Notes: generated by a model not told the origin, from the letters alone. 64,000 bases of DNA from Octopus vulgaris (GCA_951406725.2 OX597831.1:10106001-10170000), one strand, 5' to 3'. Numbered from the stretch's first letter, positions 27,589-42,194 are shown. Numbers and translations are program-made.

Positions 27589-28114
27589 TTAAAGTTAAGC
27601 ATGCATTCATCGTTTAATCGTACATTCGTGAATCAATTCGTAAATTAAAATTAATAAAAGCTTGCTAAAATAATTTTGTTATCATGAAGACATTTATATA
27701 AAACAGTGAAATTAAAATAAGAAGACAGAGAGAGTGTTTGTAGTTAGATTGGAATCTAATCAATTTTTATGTTTCTATCTGGCCTGCGAATAATATATCA
27801 TCGTTATATTGGACATTATGTGTTATGTGAGTCTTTCGAATATGGTTGGATGAAACAGAAAGCAGAGGTATTAAATTATAATGAAAGATATCTGTCAATG
27901 CATAACGTCTGGAATTTGCTTGAAGCTCGCGGTTAGTTGACCGATCGGTATGGAATGTTGAGTCACGGAATGTTCGCAAGTAAAGACATGCATTTTGCTT
28001 ATCATAGCATTTTATGTAGACAGGTAACATATAGGGAAGTATAACAAAATACTTCAAAGGAAACTTTCAAATCAAGCAAATGTTAATCGTTTTAAGCATC
28101 TGTATCTTCACATA

Positions 28115-28540
<426 letters not shown>

Positions 28541-28544
<4 letters not shown>

Positions 28545-28748
28545 GAGAGTTTATGACAAAACAAAAGACGAAGACAGGTGGTGTACAAAACAAACAGATG
28601 TATTAGTATGACGCTCAGGAATAGAAAAAAGTCTTTTACATTTCGAGCCTACGCTCTTCTACAGAAAGGGAGACAGAAAAACACTAGGAGAGAAACCAGG
28701 AGAGATAAAATTGTGTGTAGTGGCTAACAGTCTATCATGGCGACTGAC

Positions 28749-28752
<4 letters not shown>
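28541..28752 (-). mobile_element. PLE-like pLTR 3' remnant with hammerhead-like motif, embedded in (TA)n
   Basis: Minus 28633-28668: CTTT-CTGTAGA-A-GAGC-GTAG-GCTC-GAAAT-GTA-AAAG; shares TTCCTGAGCGTC with the 23083 element. Confidence 0.6.
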
Positions 28753-28800
<48 letters not shown>

Positions 28801-28980
28801 TAGTAGTCCATTCACAAAAAAGAAAAGAAATTTCGGTGCACATTACAAACGACTACATGCAATCACTGACGCCACAATTGTGTAATAGACATAATTTCCT
28901 ATTGGAAGTACTTCAATAATGTAAACTCAAAACATGAAATGTAGCAGTATTCATAAAAATATACTTATATGCTTGTGCGC

Positions 28981-29020
<40 letters not shown>

Positions 29021-29023
<3 letters not shown>

Positions 29024-29389
29024 CATTGTAAGCTACACCAATGCTAGGACGGGACGACACTACATAGTGCCTAAGATCCCAGCAATGCCATCACGCTTCA
29101 GGACCAGCTTCTGCAACAGCCTGGGTTTCAAGGGACCACAGCTTTTTAATATTCTCCCAAAGAGTCTGAGGAACTTGCACAAAGTAGATGTAGTGGTTTT
29201 AAATCAAAACTGGACATCTTCTTGTCAAGAGTCTCAGATGAACCTACCTCACGGCAAGCGGTGTAAATGAGAGTAGCTGTATAAAACTCCATTCTTCAAG
29301 TGCCACATATTAGACGAGGTTCGTCGCAATAACAGTGTAGCACAAAACGGCGGTGCATCAGCATGGCCGCAGCTCTGAGCTGAAACTAG

Positions 29390-29393
<4 letters not shown>
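29021..29393 (+). mobile_element. 3' fragment of CR1-group LINE
   Basis: ..TGRHYIVPKIPAMPSRFRTSFCNSLGFKGPQLFNILPKSLRNLHKVD, frameshift, then SKLDIFLSRVSDEPTSRQ; tail GGCGGTGCATCAGCATGGCCGCAGCTCTGAGCTGAAACTAGAAAA; (TA)n on both sides. Confidence 0.8.
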
Positions 29394-29449
<56 letters not shown>

Positions 29450-29921
29450 CATATATATAGGTGTGTGTGTGTTTAAATATATATATATATATGTGTGTCT
29501 GTAAGCGCATATGTCGATTTATCTGTCTATATATATCTATCTGTATACCTAAATGCAAACATGCATACAGACATAGACATAAGCACACATGAGCACACAA
29601 GCATACATACGCAACACACACACCACAACTCACACAAGTACTCACGGACACACAGACACAGTCATGCATAAGCTCAGCCCATTGAGAGAAGAAAGAAATG
29701 GACGCTTCAATTCTATGCTGTTGCCGCATTATGTCGTACGCGAATGAGAGGATTTGCATCCCCAACCAAGAATTTTTGATGTAACACATGTCCTTGTGGA
29801 AGCTGTTGTGCGCGGCTGAAGAAGGCCACAGACATACATTATGCATTGTTATAAATCTGTCTAATAAAGGCCCGAAACATATGTACCGCTGAATCCTTGG
29901 CATCATGTTTTTATTTTGATC

Positions 29922-29988
<67 letters not shown>

Positions 29989-30175
29989 TTTGCATTTCAG
30001 CCACCACATGATCCTGGGTTCACACATTAGGCAAGTGTCTTCTATAGTCTGGGGATGAGCAAAGCTTTTTCAGTGTATTGGTAGCATGTCGTATACACAC
30101 ACACACTCACACACAAACATATATATTTGTGAGTGTGTCTGCGTGTGTGTGTGTTTGTTTGTGTGTGTGTGTGTG

Positions 30176-30225
<50 letters not shown>

Positions 30226-30844
30226 TCTGTGTGTGTGTTTGTCTGTGTGTGTATACATATATGTCAATGGCTGTATCTAATCACATCTCTCAAACACAGA
30301 TCAATATCAGCTTCGGTGTCTAAAGTAGCTGGCTGTAAATAAGCACTTATTAAGAACAGATGAAATTTGTGTAACAGCAAAACTGTCGCAGAAATACCAC
30401 TCAAATAGTGCTTATGTTCTTTACTGTGGTATTTGGTTTCATTTGAATAGTTTCTTAGAGACTGGTGTGAATCAGTTTGAAAATTCAGGTGATCATAATT
30501 CTCTAAAATAAGCTAAATTGTCCATTGAATAATGTTTTTTGTCGTCTAAATTTTGCTATTCAACTCTTTCCATTTCAATCAATACTATTGTTGCTGGGAT
30601 CATTTGCACATGAATAGCTTAGAAACAAAACGAGAAACTTCTCAAAATTTAGATTAATAGATTAATCTTTCAGAGAAAGATTCAATTTATTCACGATGAA
30701 AAACTATAAAGATTATATAAGGATTACCTGAAGATAAAAAAAAAACATAACTAATTTATAACAATGGGAGCTGTTTTTAATTATTATTACTTAAAATTTA
30801 ACCCTTTTCGTTCATATATTTCTTATAGGTTAATATCATATTCC

Positions 30845-30905
<61 letters not shown>

Positions 30906-31173
30906 CGTGTAAATATATATATATATTAAATAAGGGTTTCCTCGTAAACTGTTTTAACATGTTCTTATTATTATTATCAAAGAATGTATATATGCATTGT
31001 AATATTTTGTGACAACCACTACCTAACACAACAAATCTTTTACGTGTTACTTTTGACAATCTTTTTCTAAAAAAGTGAAACCGGTCAAGTGAATAAACAT
31101 CTTTTAAAATTGCATATTTAAACCTTCTTTCATATATAATTCCACACGTGCGGTACCTTAGAACTTCACTTTG

Positions 31174-31205
<32 letters not shown>

Positions 31206-31207
<2 letters not shown>

Positions 31208-31629
31208 TCTTTTTACTCTTTCTTTTACTCTTTTTACTTGTTTCAGTCATTTGACTGCGGCCATGCTGGAGCACCGCCTTTAGTCCAGCAAATCGACCCC
31301 GGGACTTATTCTTTGTAAGCCCAGTACTTATTCCATCGGTCTCTTTTGCCGAACCGCTAAGTGACGGGACGTAAACACACCAGCATCGGTTGTCAAGCAA
31401 TGCTAGGGGGACAAACACAGACACACAAACATACACACAAATACATATATATACATATACATATATACGACAGGCTTCTTTTCAGTTTCCGTCTACCAAA
31501 TCCACTCACAAGGCATTGGTCGGCCCGGGGCTATAGCAGAAGACACTTGCCCAAGGTGCCACGCAGTGGGACTGAACCCGGAACCATGTGGTTGGTTAGC
31601 AAGCTACTTACCACACAGCCACTCCTGCG

Positions 31630-31631
<2 letters not shown>
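31206..31631 (-). mobile_element. Full-length tRNA-derived SINE with CORE-like segment, internal (TA/TG)n tract and LINE-like tail
   Basis: Minus: GGCGCAGGAGTGGCTGTGTGGTAAG, GGTTCAGTCCC, CACCTTGGGCAAGTGTCTT, tail GGCGGTGCTCCAGCATGGCCGCAGTCAAATGACTGAAAC followed by AAAAGAGT-type repeats. Confidence 0.9.
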
Positions 31632-31679
<48 letters not shown>

Positions 31680-31683
31680 CATG

Positions 31684-31730
31684 TTTTCCAGTTTCAGCTC
31701 TTGAGCTGTGGCCATGGTGGGGCACCGCCA
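31684..31730 (-). mobile_element. Extremely 5'-truncated LINE tail (family of 194-467)
   Basis: Minus: GGCGGTGCCCCACCATGGCCACAGCTCAAGAGCTGAAAC, between (TA)n tracts. Confidence 0.75.
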
Positions 31731-32451
31731 TTATATATATATAGCAATTAAGGACAACTTCTTAATAAGGAAAACTTAACAAGAAATTATCAGGTAGATA
31801 GCGTGAAAGACCTCATAAGAGAAAAAATTTCGAAAATAATTCTTTCTTATTGAACATATTAATTTATATATAGAGGGCATTATTATACATACATGCCACA
31901 CATATATATATATACAAAATGGTAGTTTCGGAAACTTGTAATTATCAGTTAAAAGTTTCTTAAAGTCATCTCATGCAAATCGGAGTCCTCAAGTATTAGT
32001 ATGGTAACTGTGGTTGATGTTAAACATATGCAAGTGCTTTGTATGGAGAACCTGTGATGGAAAGTATTTCAAGAGATCTGAAGTTCTGGAAATCACACGT
32101 TGAGAAACAAGAGACGACGCGAAGGTTAGAGACGTGAACGTTGTTGAATGGGAGGTCGAAGTTGTTGGCAGCGGTTGTATGTCAGTTGTTGCAGTGAAAC
32201 CTATTTACTTTTCCAAATTAGTTGAACGACGCTTTACATCCAGGTTTTACAACACACTCAAACACACACGCACGTGCGCACACATGCACACACACACACA
32301 CACGTATGTATGAAACCATGAATTTTCTATAAAAAATTCGTTTTTGATGTGTTTCCGAAACGATATGGAAACGCTAAATTAATAATGATCAAACGTTCTG
32401 ATTACTTCCTGTCTTTTTAATATATAAACTCTGTACACCACTTCAAAGAAA

Positions 32452-32488
<37 letters not shown>

Positions 32489-32598
32489 TTTACGCACACA
32501 CATAGATACATGTACACACAAACGTACACACGTACATATATGAAACATATGTAGTCCGGGTCTTACCTACTTCTTTCCTTAACTCTTGTATACCTGTC

Positions 32599-32659
<61 letters not shown>

Positions 32660-32789
32660 TTATTTCTTTTAAATTTGCTTTTGGTAAAGTTTTGAAGTTT
32701 TGAATATGCAAGTTAAGATTCTATTCCATTTCACCGGCCAACATCTCGTGATGCTGACTAGTGAACCAGTTTCTTTGAGTAGGATAAAT

Positions 32790-32861
32790 ACAATAATAAT
32801 GATTATTATTATGATGATGATGATGATAATAATAATAATAGTAATAGTAATAATAATAATA

Positions 32862-32919
<58 letters not shown>

Positions 32920-32954
32920 TAATAATGATAATGATAATAATGATAATAATGATG

Positions 32955-33011
<57 letters not shown>

Positions 33012-33026
33012 GTGATGATGATGATG

Positions 33027-33093
<67 letters not shown>

Positions 33094-33102
33094 TAATAAT
33101 AA
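32790..33102. repeat. (AAT)n/(GAT)n trinucleotide array
   Basis: Direct reading. Confidence 0.95.
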
Positions 33103-35351
33103 TCCTAGGATTCAATTTATAAACATTTAATGCCTGGCTACGCGCATTTCCTCAAATCACATGACTTTTAAGATTACAGTCTGAATTCCTATGATGATTG
33201 CAGTGTGCTCCTCAGAATCCGTGACCATCCGGTTCATCATCGTCATTGATTCATTTCTTCAGGTGATATAACATTCGTGGATTAACCATGGAGGGATGCT
33301 CTCTGCTCTGTTTACCAGTATTAAGGTGAAGCCAGTTCTGTGGTCATTTCCGTGTGTATTTGGTGAGGAGGAGTGGAAGGTGGTGGAGCCCACACAATAA
33401 ACCAACCGATATTTGCACTACTATACATTGTATCCCCTCTGTATAGCAGCAGTACTCGACCACCATTTGTATTCAGTAATTTACTGAAGATAGTCATGCC
33501 TTAAATGAAATCAAACAAAAGAATGCAGAACCCATCCTTAAAATCTGGTGAATGAATAGAAAAATAAACCCAGCACCACCACATACACATTCATTCTAAT
33601 ATAACTACCATTCCTTTCACTATTCCCATCATCTTCTACTCCTCCGCACGCCCATATGACTCGCTTACTCTTCATACTGGGGAAAAAAGGAAAAACGTAC
33701 CTCTGTGATTCATCCACGGATGTTATATCGCTTGAAGAAATGAATCAATGATGAAGTTCAACCAGACACCCGTGAATACTACGAACTACACTGTAATCAT
33801 CCCGGAAATATTGATTGTGATTTTAAAAGTCATGTAACTTGTGGAAACGCGTGTATCGATGCATTAATGTTTTTTATATATTCCATCCATGGAATATTGT
33901 CTCTCTATCTGTCTCTCTGTCTCTCTCTCTATATATATATATACAGAGAGAGAGAGAGGGGGGAAGAGTGATAGAGAGGGAGAGAGAAAGGGAAAGTGGT
34001 GATTATTTGAAAATGTATTTTGTGTATATTTAACTGTTAAATTCAAGAAGTTCTCCACGACAACCCTGTTTAACGTCCATAAAAATGTGGTACAGAGCGG
34101 GAAATTCAGTGTCAATCAGATCTCACGAAAAGCTCGGGTGACAGCGCTAAATGTGTTGCAGAGGATGTCTGCCAATCAAGAAAAACGTGTTACTCCACTC
34201 GATCTTTGCCTCCTCAGCCTGTGGGTGTAAAAGATTAGCTGCACTAGTGTTGCAGTGGCATTCGAGTCAAACTGTAACCCACGATTGTTCGGCATTAAGT
34301 GCTAAGCAACAGGTCAACATCACTTCTTTTCTTGCAAGACGGTCACTCATCACTATCAAAACCGAAATTGGAAATACGAAAGCGGTGCTTGGTTGTACGA
34401 AAATCGAGATGATATTTTAATTTTCCAAAACTTTAACCTTCTCCTTGGCATATTTCTATAATCACACTTATCTCTGTTTTATGTGTTGTTTGTAGTTCCA
34501 AACTTTTCTTGTTATTGTTGAATGCTTATAACGATTCCAGTTGCTGTTTAAGTTGCAGAATGGCTTTCATATAAATTTCGTAAATCTTCCACTTATCATT
34601 AGTTATATTATACCCGTTTTGTAAGCCATAATCATTACAGGCTTGCTGTGTAATGCTAATACTATTATCTTAATGCGTTGTTCATAGAAGATAAAGCCAC
34701 TGTCTTCACTGATGTCAAAATATCTGAAGTTTATATTAAAACAAGATAGATAGCCTCCGAGATATAGCGTAATGGGAGACCTATTCTTTTTTATTTTTGC
34801 CTACTGTAAACAAAGATACCATTATTGACAAAATGACCTCTTACAGTACACAGAACGCAGCCTACTTTTAAGAAATGACAGCTTGAGATTTTCGAAAGAT
34901 CGATACATTTCCAAAGTTTGCTTGCCTCTCTAACGACATAAGTACATTTTAGCTGTTCACTTCAATATCTTCTTGCCTGTTTAAGTTATGAATTAATACA
35001 GTATGTGTCATTTGTAGTAAGCTCTACCTGAACACTCTCCAGTTGTCTGTATAACTGTACCATTACGAAGCACTATTAAATAAAAAAGGGTCACTGGGAA
35101 TCTATACAATCAGCAGATCTAAAAGATGTGACCAGAAGTCATCAGCAGTACTCAAGGCATTGCAACAAAAGACATATTTTGGGGGATTTTTTAACTTTAT
35201 TTTCCCCCTTGTTTTACAATGCCAAACGATATAGATGTTTAAAGACTAAATGGACTGAAGATCGATTAATCAATGTTCTTCTCCTTCCTGTAATGTTGAC
35301 AAGATGTAATGTTGACAAGATGTAATGTTGGTCATATTCAAATTGGATGGA

Positions 35352-35730
35352 AGCACTCCGTCGGTTACGACGACGTGGATTCCGGTTGATCCGATCAACG
35401 GAACAGCCTGCTCGTGAAATTAACGTGTAAGTGGCTGAGCATTCCACAGACACGTGTACCCTTAACGTAGTTCTCGGGGATATTCAGCGTGACACAGAGA
35501 GTGACAATGCCGGCCCTTTGAAATACAGGTACAACAGAATCAGGAAGTAAGAGTGAGAGAAAGTTGTGGTGAAAGAGTACAGCAGGGATCACCACCATCC
35601 CTGCCGGAGCCTCATGGAGCTTTAGGTGTTTTCACTCAATAAACACTCACAACGCCCGGTCTGGGAATCGAAACCGCGATCCTACGACCGCGAGTCTACT
35701 GCCCTAACCACTGGGCCATTGCGCCTCCAC
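35352..35730 (-). mobile_element. Full-length SINE (family of 24053) with 12-bp TSD
   Basis: CATATTCAAATT on both sides; collinear with 24053-24424. Confidence 0.92.
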
Positions 35731-35813
35731 CATATTCAAATTATTGTTTGTCTGGATGAATCTTAACTGGAACACTTCATAAGATGTATCTTATAATTAG
35801 TTGATTCCTATCT

Positions 35814-36137
35814 GTGAGGGCGCGTGGCTTAGTGGTTAGGGCATTCGGCTCATGATCGTAAGGTTGTGAGTTCGATTCCCGGCGACGCGTTGTGTCCTTG
35901 AGCAAGACACTTTATTTCACGTTGCTCCAGTCCACTCAGCTGGCAAAAATGAGTTGTACTTGTATTTCAAAGGGTCAGCCTTGTCACTCTCTGTGTCACG
36001 CTGATTATCCCCGAGAACTACGTTAAGGGTACACGTGTCTGTGGAATGCTCAGCCACTTGCACGTTAATTTCACGAGCAAGCTGTTCCGTTGATCGTATC
36101 AGCTGGGACCCTCGTCGTCGTAACCGGCGGAGTCTTT
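35814..36137 (+). mobile_element. Full-length young SINE with 11-bp TSD
   Basis: TSD GATTCCTATCT; intact A box TGGCTTAGTGG and B box GTTCGATTCCC; near-identical to 46473-46803. Confidence 0.93.
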
Positions 36138-37347
36138 AAGATTCCTATCTATAACATGGGAGTGTAGAATAGAGTTTTACCTGTATTCTTAATTCGTCTC
36201 AGTTCGGTAGAAGACTGTACCCACATGTATGGACATAAATATTCAAAATTTGCTATCTTTACTGGTATTATATTCACAACATATGACATTATTTTTGCTT
36301 TCGCTGTATAAACGATTTACGCAAGAAATAATATAGAGCAACCACGTGATGATTTTTTTAATAACACAGTTACCTTAATTTTTTTCGAGGTATCTGTATT
36401 TCTTTAAGCAGCAAATAATTATATCTTGGAACCTACAGCCTCTAGAGCAAAACCTCAACCTCTGTACTAATGAAATGCCAGTTATTCTTCTAGGCCCGTT
36501 GCTACAAGATATTGTATCACAAACACACGTTTCGGACAGGAGACGAAAACTATTCGAAACAACAGTTGTAGTCTCCTCATATTCGCTTGACATATTTGAG
36601 ATAACAGCAAAATTACTTGAAAACTATGTCCTCTCATTGTTTCAAAGAAGATTGATTAGACAGCAGTGTCAGCTGGAATTTAAGTTGGAGAGATAAAACG
36701 GGACAGTCATGGTGGGAATGCCTTTGCTCGATGAAAGCTGATTGTAGTTAAACAACAATATTTTGTACAAGCGGAAAAGTGTATATATGTATTTGCTTTA
36801 GCTTGCTTGACTTAATGCTGGTTCGCCTTCTACATTATAGTCGGGTGGTTAGCAATGAGAAATGTATATAAGAGGTTTACATTGCTTCGAATTATACGAT
36901 CCGGTCGAGCATGAGTAAATTTAGCCAAGAATAGAATGAATTCAATAACAATGATCAATGAATCTAAAATTCGCTGTAAGTTAATTCTGGGAACTAGATA
37001 ACATACATGAAGAAGTGGTCAGGTAAACTTGTACATACCCACCTAGTAGCTTTCCTAACAATATCCTTAGATGTTTAAGCATTAGAGCTTAATGAGATTA
37101 GTAGATGTCTGTATCGATAGAAATCGGTCTAATATAGTTTAAACAATAGATATTGTTAGCAGTTCACTTAAAATTTGAAAGTAGTTTCTAAATGTTTCGC
37201 TTAGTTTATAGAATTTTGTATAGGAATATTGCATATCACCGGGAAGTTATTTAGGTTCTTTCGTTATGGTTTGTATATTTTATTTGGTGCTTAGATTTAG
37301 ATTATGTGCTAAGGCTATAGATTTAAGTTCTCATATAAACCTTTTTC

Positions 37348-37775
37348 CATTCAATTCAATTCAATTTATATTGGCTCGAAAAGTAAAAGCAAGGCCATGT
37401 AGGGGGGCAGGGAGTTATGTACAGGGAGAGTGGTCATAGAAAGAGTTCAGGCCATTTCTGGTCAAGAGAGACTTTGAACCGAGCGGTCGTCGGCATCTTC
37501 ACCATCTCGTCCGGCAGCTTATTCCACGGATCCGCAACCCGGACAGAGAAAGCCCCTCTCCTTCGATTGAGACGAAATCGTCGTAGATAGAGCTTTTTGG
37601 TGTGACCCCGCAGCCGATGCTCTGGAGCAGCAGTGAAGAACAGCTCTTTCAAGAGGTTACACTTTCCGCCTATGATTTTGAGAGCGAGAATGAGATCACC
37701 ACGGTGGCGGCGTTTTTCGAGAGAATAAAGGTCGAGCGTCTTCAGCCTTTCTTCATAAGAAGCACTGAACACTTT
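37348..37775 (-). mobile_element. CR1 LINE 3' end (RT C-terminus, 3' UTR, (AATTG)n tail)
   Basis: SYEERLKTLDLYSLEKRRHRGDLI..LRGH..FSVRVADPWNKLP..FKVSLD are characteristic CR1 ORF2 C-terminal motifs. Confidence 0.9.
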
Positions 37776-39112
37776 ACGATAGCACTGAGGATATTTCTTA
37801 GTTTATCTCAGAGTTCATCCCAGTTAGCGATGTTATACTCAATCTATGGTAAGTACACTTAATTCTCTATAACTCGAAAAACTGCACGTAGCATTCTGAG
37901 AAGAGAATGGCAACGAAAGGACATAGAAAACGTGAAAACACAAGAAATTAGAGAACTTTGGAGACAGGTGTTACTCATGTAATTGTAAGAATTATTTAGA
38001 ATATTTTAATGGGTATAGCCTTCTTAGAATTATAAACAATCTAGTATTACCACAAGCCTTATTCCCACGTCAGGAAAATTTATCTCAAAATGGAAACGCA
38101 AAAAAAATTGTAGCAATTCATAATGATCTTCAACCAAGGAAACATTATAGAAATACGTTAACACATTTTATAAGTTATATGTTTCTGTTTAGATCGAAAT
38201 CGAAGTAAGAATAACAGCTCGCATAGCCTTCATTTCAAGAGCATTGAACGAGAGCAAAGACGGTTATTTATTCCGGGGAAAGGTTGAGCGGAGTACTAGC
38301 TATAAGGTGCCAGACGGAGCACGGGTGGATTATATCTGTCACCCTTTATTTACAAACAATACCTCACTTTTAATTTTCAAGCTATTAGACTGATTAAAAA
38401 CCACATCAAGTATTTCAAACAAGCATTTGATGGTCACATTCCCTTCATCTGAAATGATAGTTATAACGATAGATTTGAAATGAATTGTCAGTTCAATATG
38501 TTTTATATGTGATCTCAGCTAATATAAAGTGTGTAAAGATACATAGTTGCAAAGATGATGAGTAATATCCAGATTTCTATATGGCGACAACACCAATAAT
38601 GATGGATTACATTGTCAAAAAGTTTAAGACGCCTGGGTATCACCTTCTCTATCGACGTCTTTCAGATACTGTTGCAGAACTGGTAAAGTGCTACCCAATT
38701 ATTTCCCATTTGCATGGGTGCAAACATAAAGCGTGTTTATCCAAATTCCTTACTTCAATAAATAGCCCAATGCCATCGTCATATTCATTGTAAAATAATT
38801 GTTTTTGTTCCAGCAGAGGTATTCTTAGGAGATAAGAATTTAAATACGTTTCTGTCAGAATATCCTCCAGATTTATCACAAATAGCGTACCTCGGATTTT
38901 CCAAAGACTCTTTATTTAATGTATTGTACGGCTGAATACGCATACATGATACGCAAATACACACTCTCACATATACATCTCTCGTTTTTTTGTCTCTTCG
39001 TGCATACATACACACATACACACACACACACATATATATATAATCAAAATAGGCAACAAGGATATCCAAGGTAGAGTAGTACAATTGTTGCATGCTACTT
39101 CATTTTATTAAA

Positions 39113-39178
<66 letters not shown>

Positions 39179-39552
39179 GTATATATGCATGTGCTTATGT
39201 ATGTATGCACGTATGTCTACGTGATGCAATGAAAACAATCGTAAATAATTATTTGATAGAGTTATTCCTGTTGAGAGATTCAAATTACAAAGATTTGCAG
39301 TTGTTTCTGATGTAGAAAAATTGGAGCAAAGAACATTTCGACGCTTTCGAATTATATTACAATGGAAGATGTCCTTTCAGAGATAATGCTATAATTATTC
39401 CAATTAGCCTCCGGCAGCATTTCTCCTCATTTAAAATATAATGCAAATTTTGACTCTTCTTGACAATAGAATTCGATGCGGAGGGAAGAGGGATTGTGTT
39501 TTGTAGCGAAAGAGAGAAAATAATTTGATGCCATACAACACTGTGTTTCTAG

Positions 39553-39557
<5 letters not shown>

Positions 39558-39603
<46 letters not shown>

Positions 39604-39684
39604 TGTGTGTGTGTAAGTGAGTGTGCCTGCATGGTTGTGTGTATATATGCATATATACATACATATATACATACATATATATAT

Positions 39685-39739
<55 letters not shown>

Positions 39740-39779
39740 TGTGTATACTACATACATATATACATATATATATATGTGT

Positions 39780-39832
<53 letters not shown>

Positions 39833-39870
39833 TACATACACATATATATAAATATATATACATATATGTG
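39558..39870. repeat. Compound (TA)/(TACA)/(TG) microsatellite field
   Basis: Direct reading. Confidence 0.9.
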
Positions 39871-42194
39871 TGTTTTATGTGCCCCGGGTGAGTTTCAGTG
39901 GTGCTGTATGCAATAACTTATATGAGTTGATGTGTAACAGAAGTATAATTATTCAATATATTCAAATGCTTTCAAAGAAACAGAATCGCAATGATTATGT
40001 ATTTCCATTGGAAGCTTATTGAATTTTTCGGCTGAAATTCAAATCACCATTTGAACAATGGTCAATAAATCTGCCTAAAGTGCATATAGCCCACTCTGTC
40101 TGTTTTTCTCTCTGTCTGTCTGTCTCTCTTTCTCTCTAGTTAGTTATCTGTGTCTTCCTCTTTACTAGATACTCTCTGTGTTATTGGAAACGCGTTACAC
40201 TTCCAACTGACTGGTTTCGATAACAACATTTGCTTTTTTCTTTATTTCAAACAAAATAGTCACCAATACAAAGGTAAACGGACCCCGTCGAAGCAGCAAC
40301 GCCTACAAAATAGTTCACTCACTCGTCACATAAAACTAGCATCGAAAACAAATAACAATGGAAAATCACCATTTATTTTTTCCCGAGGATAATTTCGCCA
40401 GTTCTCTCTGCCTCCGACGTAAACGAGCAGAAGTATGTTGTCGATTCAATGAAAATTAAGGTAAAACAGTATAGCAGAACATGGTTTACCGTATTAGATT
40501 TATGATGTGTCTTTATTTGGGCATTGAATTCTTGCTTCAGTCCATATATTTACAACCGGTCGTGATTAGAATTTCTGAAATAATATATGCCATTCTGAAA
40601 GTCAACTTCTGGAGATCGAATATCAGTTATGTTTAAAACGTTTGAAAAGTGTGGCGAGGTAAATATCTGACCTCTCAAAATATGTCTTCACTTTCGATGA
40701 TCAAATGTTGATGCAAAACAAAATTCTAACGTGGTTGGATGATTTAAGCCCAGAAATTACCGTAACAAAACTAAAACCTAGTGTAGGCATTAGTGAAGTG
40801 GTTTTCATTTTCTGACCCTCAACTATCCTAGTTCAATATTACTAACATAAATTATAAGTTTTCCTTTTCTTTCCCATCACGTAGTTCAACTGAAAGGAGA
40901 TATGAAATTGCGGCAATTTCTCTAGTAAGTAAAATTAAAGAAAATTTGCCTTTATTTCACGAAGATCTTTTCTTTTGATCTACAACCTTTCGGCGACTAA
41001 ACTGGCAACCCCACCAAGCTTGCTTGGTGAGGAGAGGGATTGTTAGACACCCTGAGGAACGAAAAGTAAGATCCGCCAAAGGGCAGAAGAACAACTGTGT
41101 AGTTAAGGGCTAATTCAACAGGTACCTTGTCGCAGTGACGTACATGTGTGCCCCATTGACCCAAACTAGCATAATACTTGTTTATTGTTTACAAAGACAG
41201 CCTTAATGATATCAAATTTTCTGTTAATGATTTTTGTTGAAAAACGTAAAGGGAGATATTTTTGAAATTCTGTAAAGCTCCCTAATATTCTTGCTAACAC
41301 ATACGTTCGCTAATAGAACTGTAAAGACATTGTCTAAGTTTCAGTAACTTCTGGTATTAGTGGTACATTCACAAGCGTTCTTGCGCTGTACATATTCGAT
41401 TAGAGTTTGACAGTACTCTGTTAGTAGATATTACCGCCCCAAGAAACATGCATATACAACAGAACAAGTCGTTTGAAAAAGGACTGAAAAAGTATGGTTA
41501 CAATCAATACAGAGAATATAAACATATAAAGTACATCTCATGCTATAAATATTTAAAATAAATATTTATGAATCCTTATTTCTTAGCTGAGTAATTTAGA
41601 AATTTAATGAAAAATAGCTGTCCAAATTCTCAAGTATTCAACTGAAAATCACATAAACCGACATTTAATATAATATATCTTATCCTAACACTACATGTTA
41701 CCTTTCCGAATTACGTCAAATATTTGGATCTATTTTCATTAATTCCCAATTATCTAGCTAAAGCAGTACAAGTCTCAGTAACATTCAGTAATGCTAATCC
41801 ACATAATTCCGTAGCACACACGTCAATCGATATACTTTGATACGGAATAAACTATAGTTACATTCTTCATCTTTATGCGCCTCCTCGAATTGTCTGTATT
41901 CAAACAGACGAAATTATTATTCGACTTGTTAAAAAAATAATATGAATTGTGACAATGAAAATTACCATCACAGATATGTTATACGGCATATTAATTCATA
42001 TTGGATGGAGACACAACCTACACATATTTTAGGAGATAGGATCATAAGATTTTTTCATCTCACAACCGTTTCAAAATTATCGAAGCGGAAATAGTGAAAA
42101 ATGTTAATTCTGAATATCAACACACGAATAATATTGTGGTGTAGTTTTCAGTAGAAAACAGAAATTGTAAAGGCAATTATGTGCATACACACAT

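Noticed and set aside
32669-33122. Poly-Ile/Leu ORFs (also poly-Asn at 50129-50800 and poly-Ser/Arg at 7179-7611)
   Set aside because: Trinucleotide arrays; no splice or compositional support.
35814-35890. SINE heads as tRNA genes
   Set aside because: A/B boxes are present but there is no complete cloverleaf; they continue into SINE bodies with TSDs.
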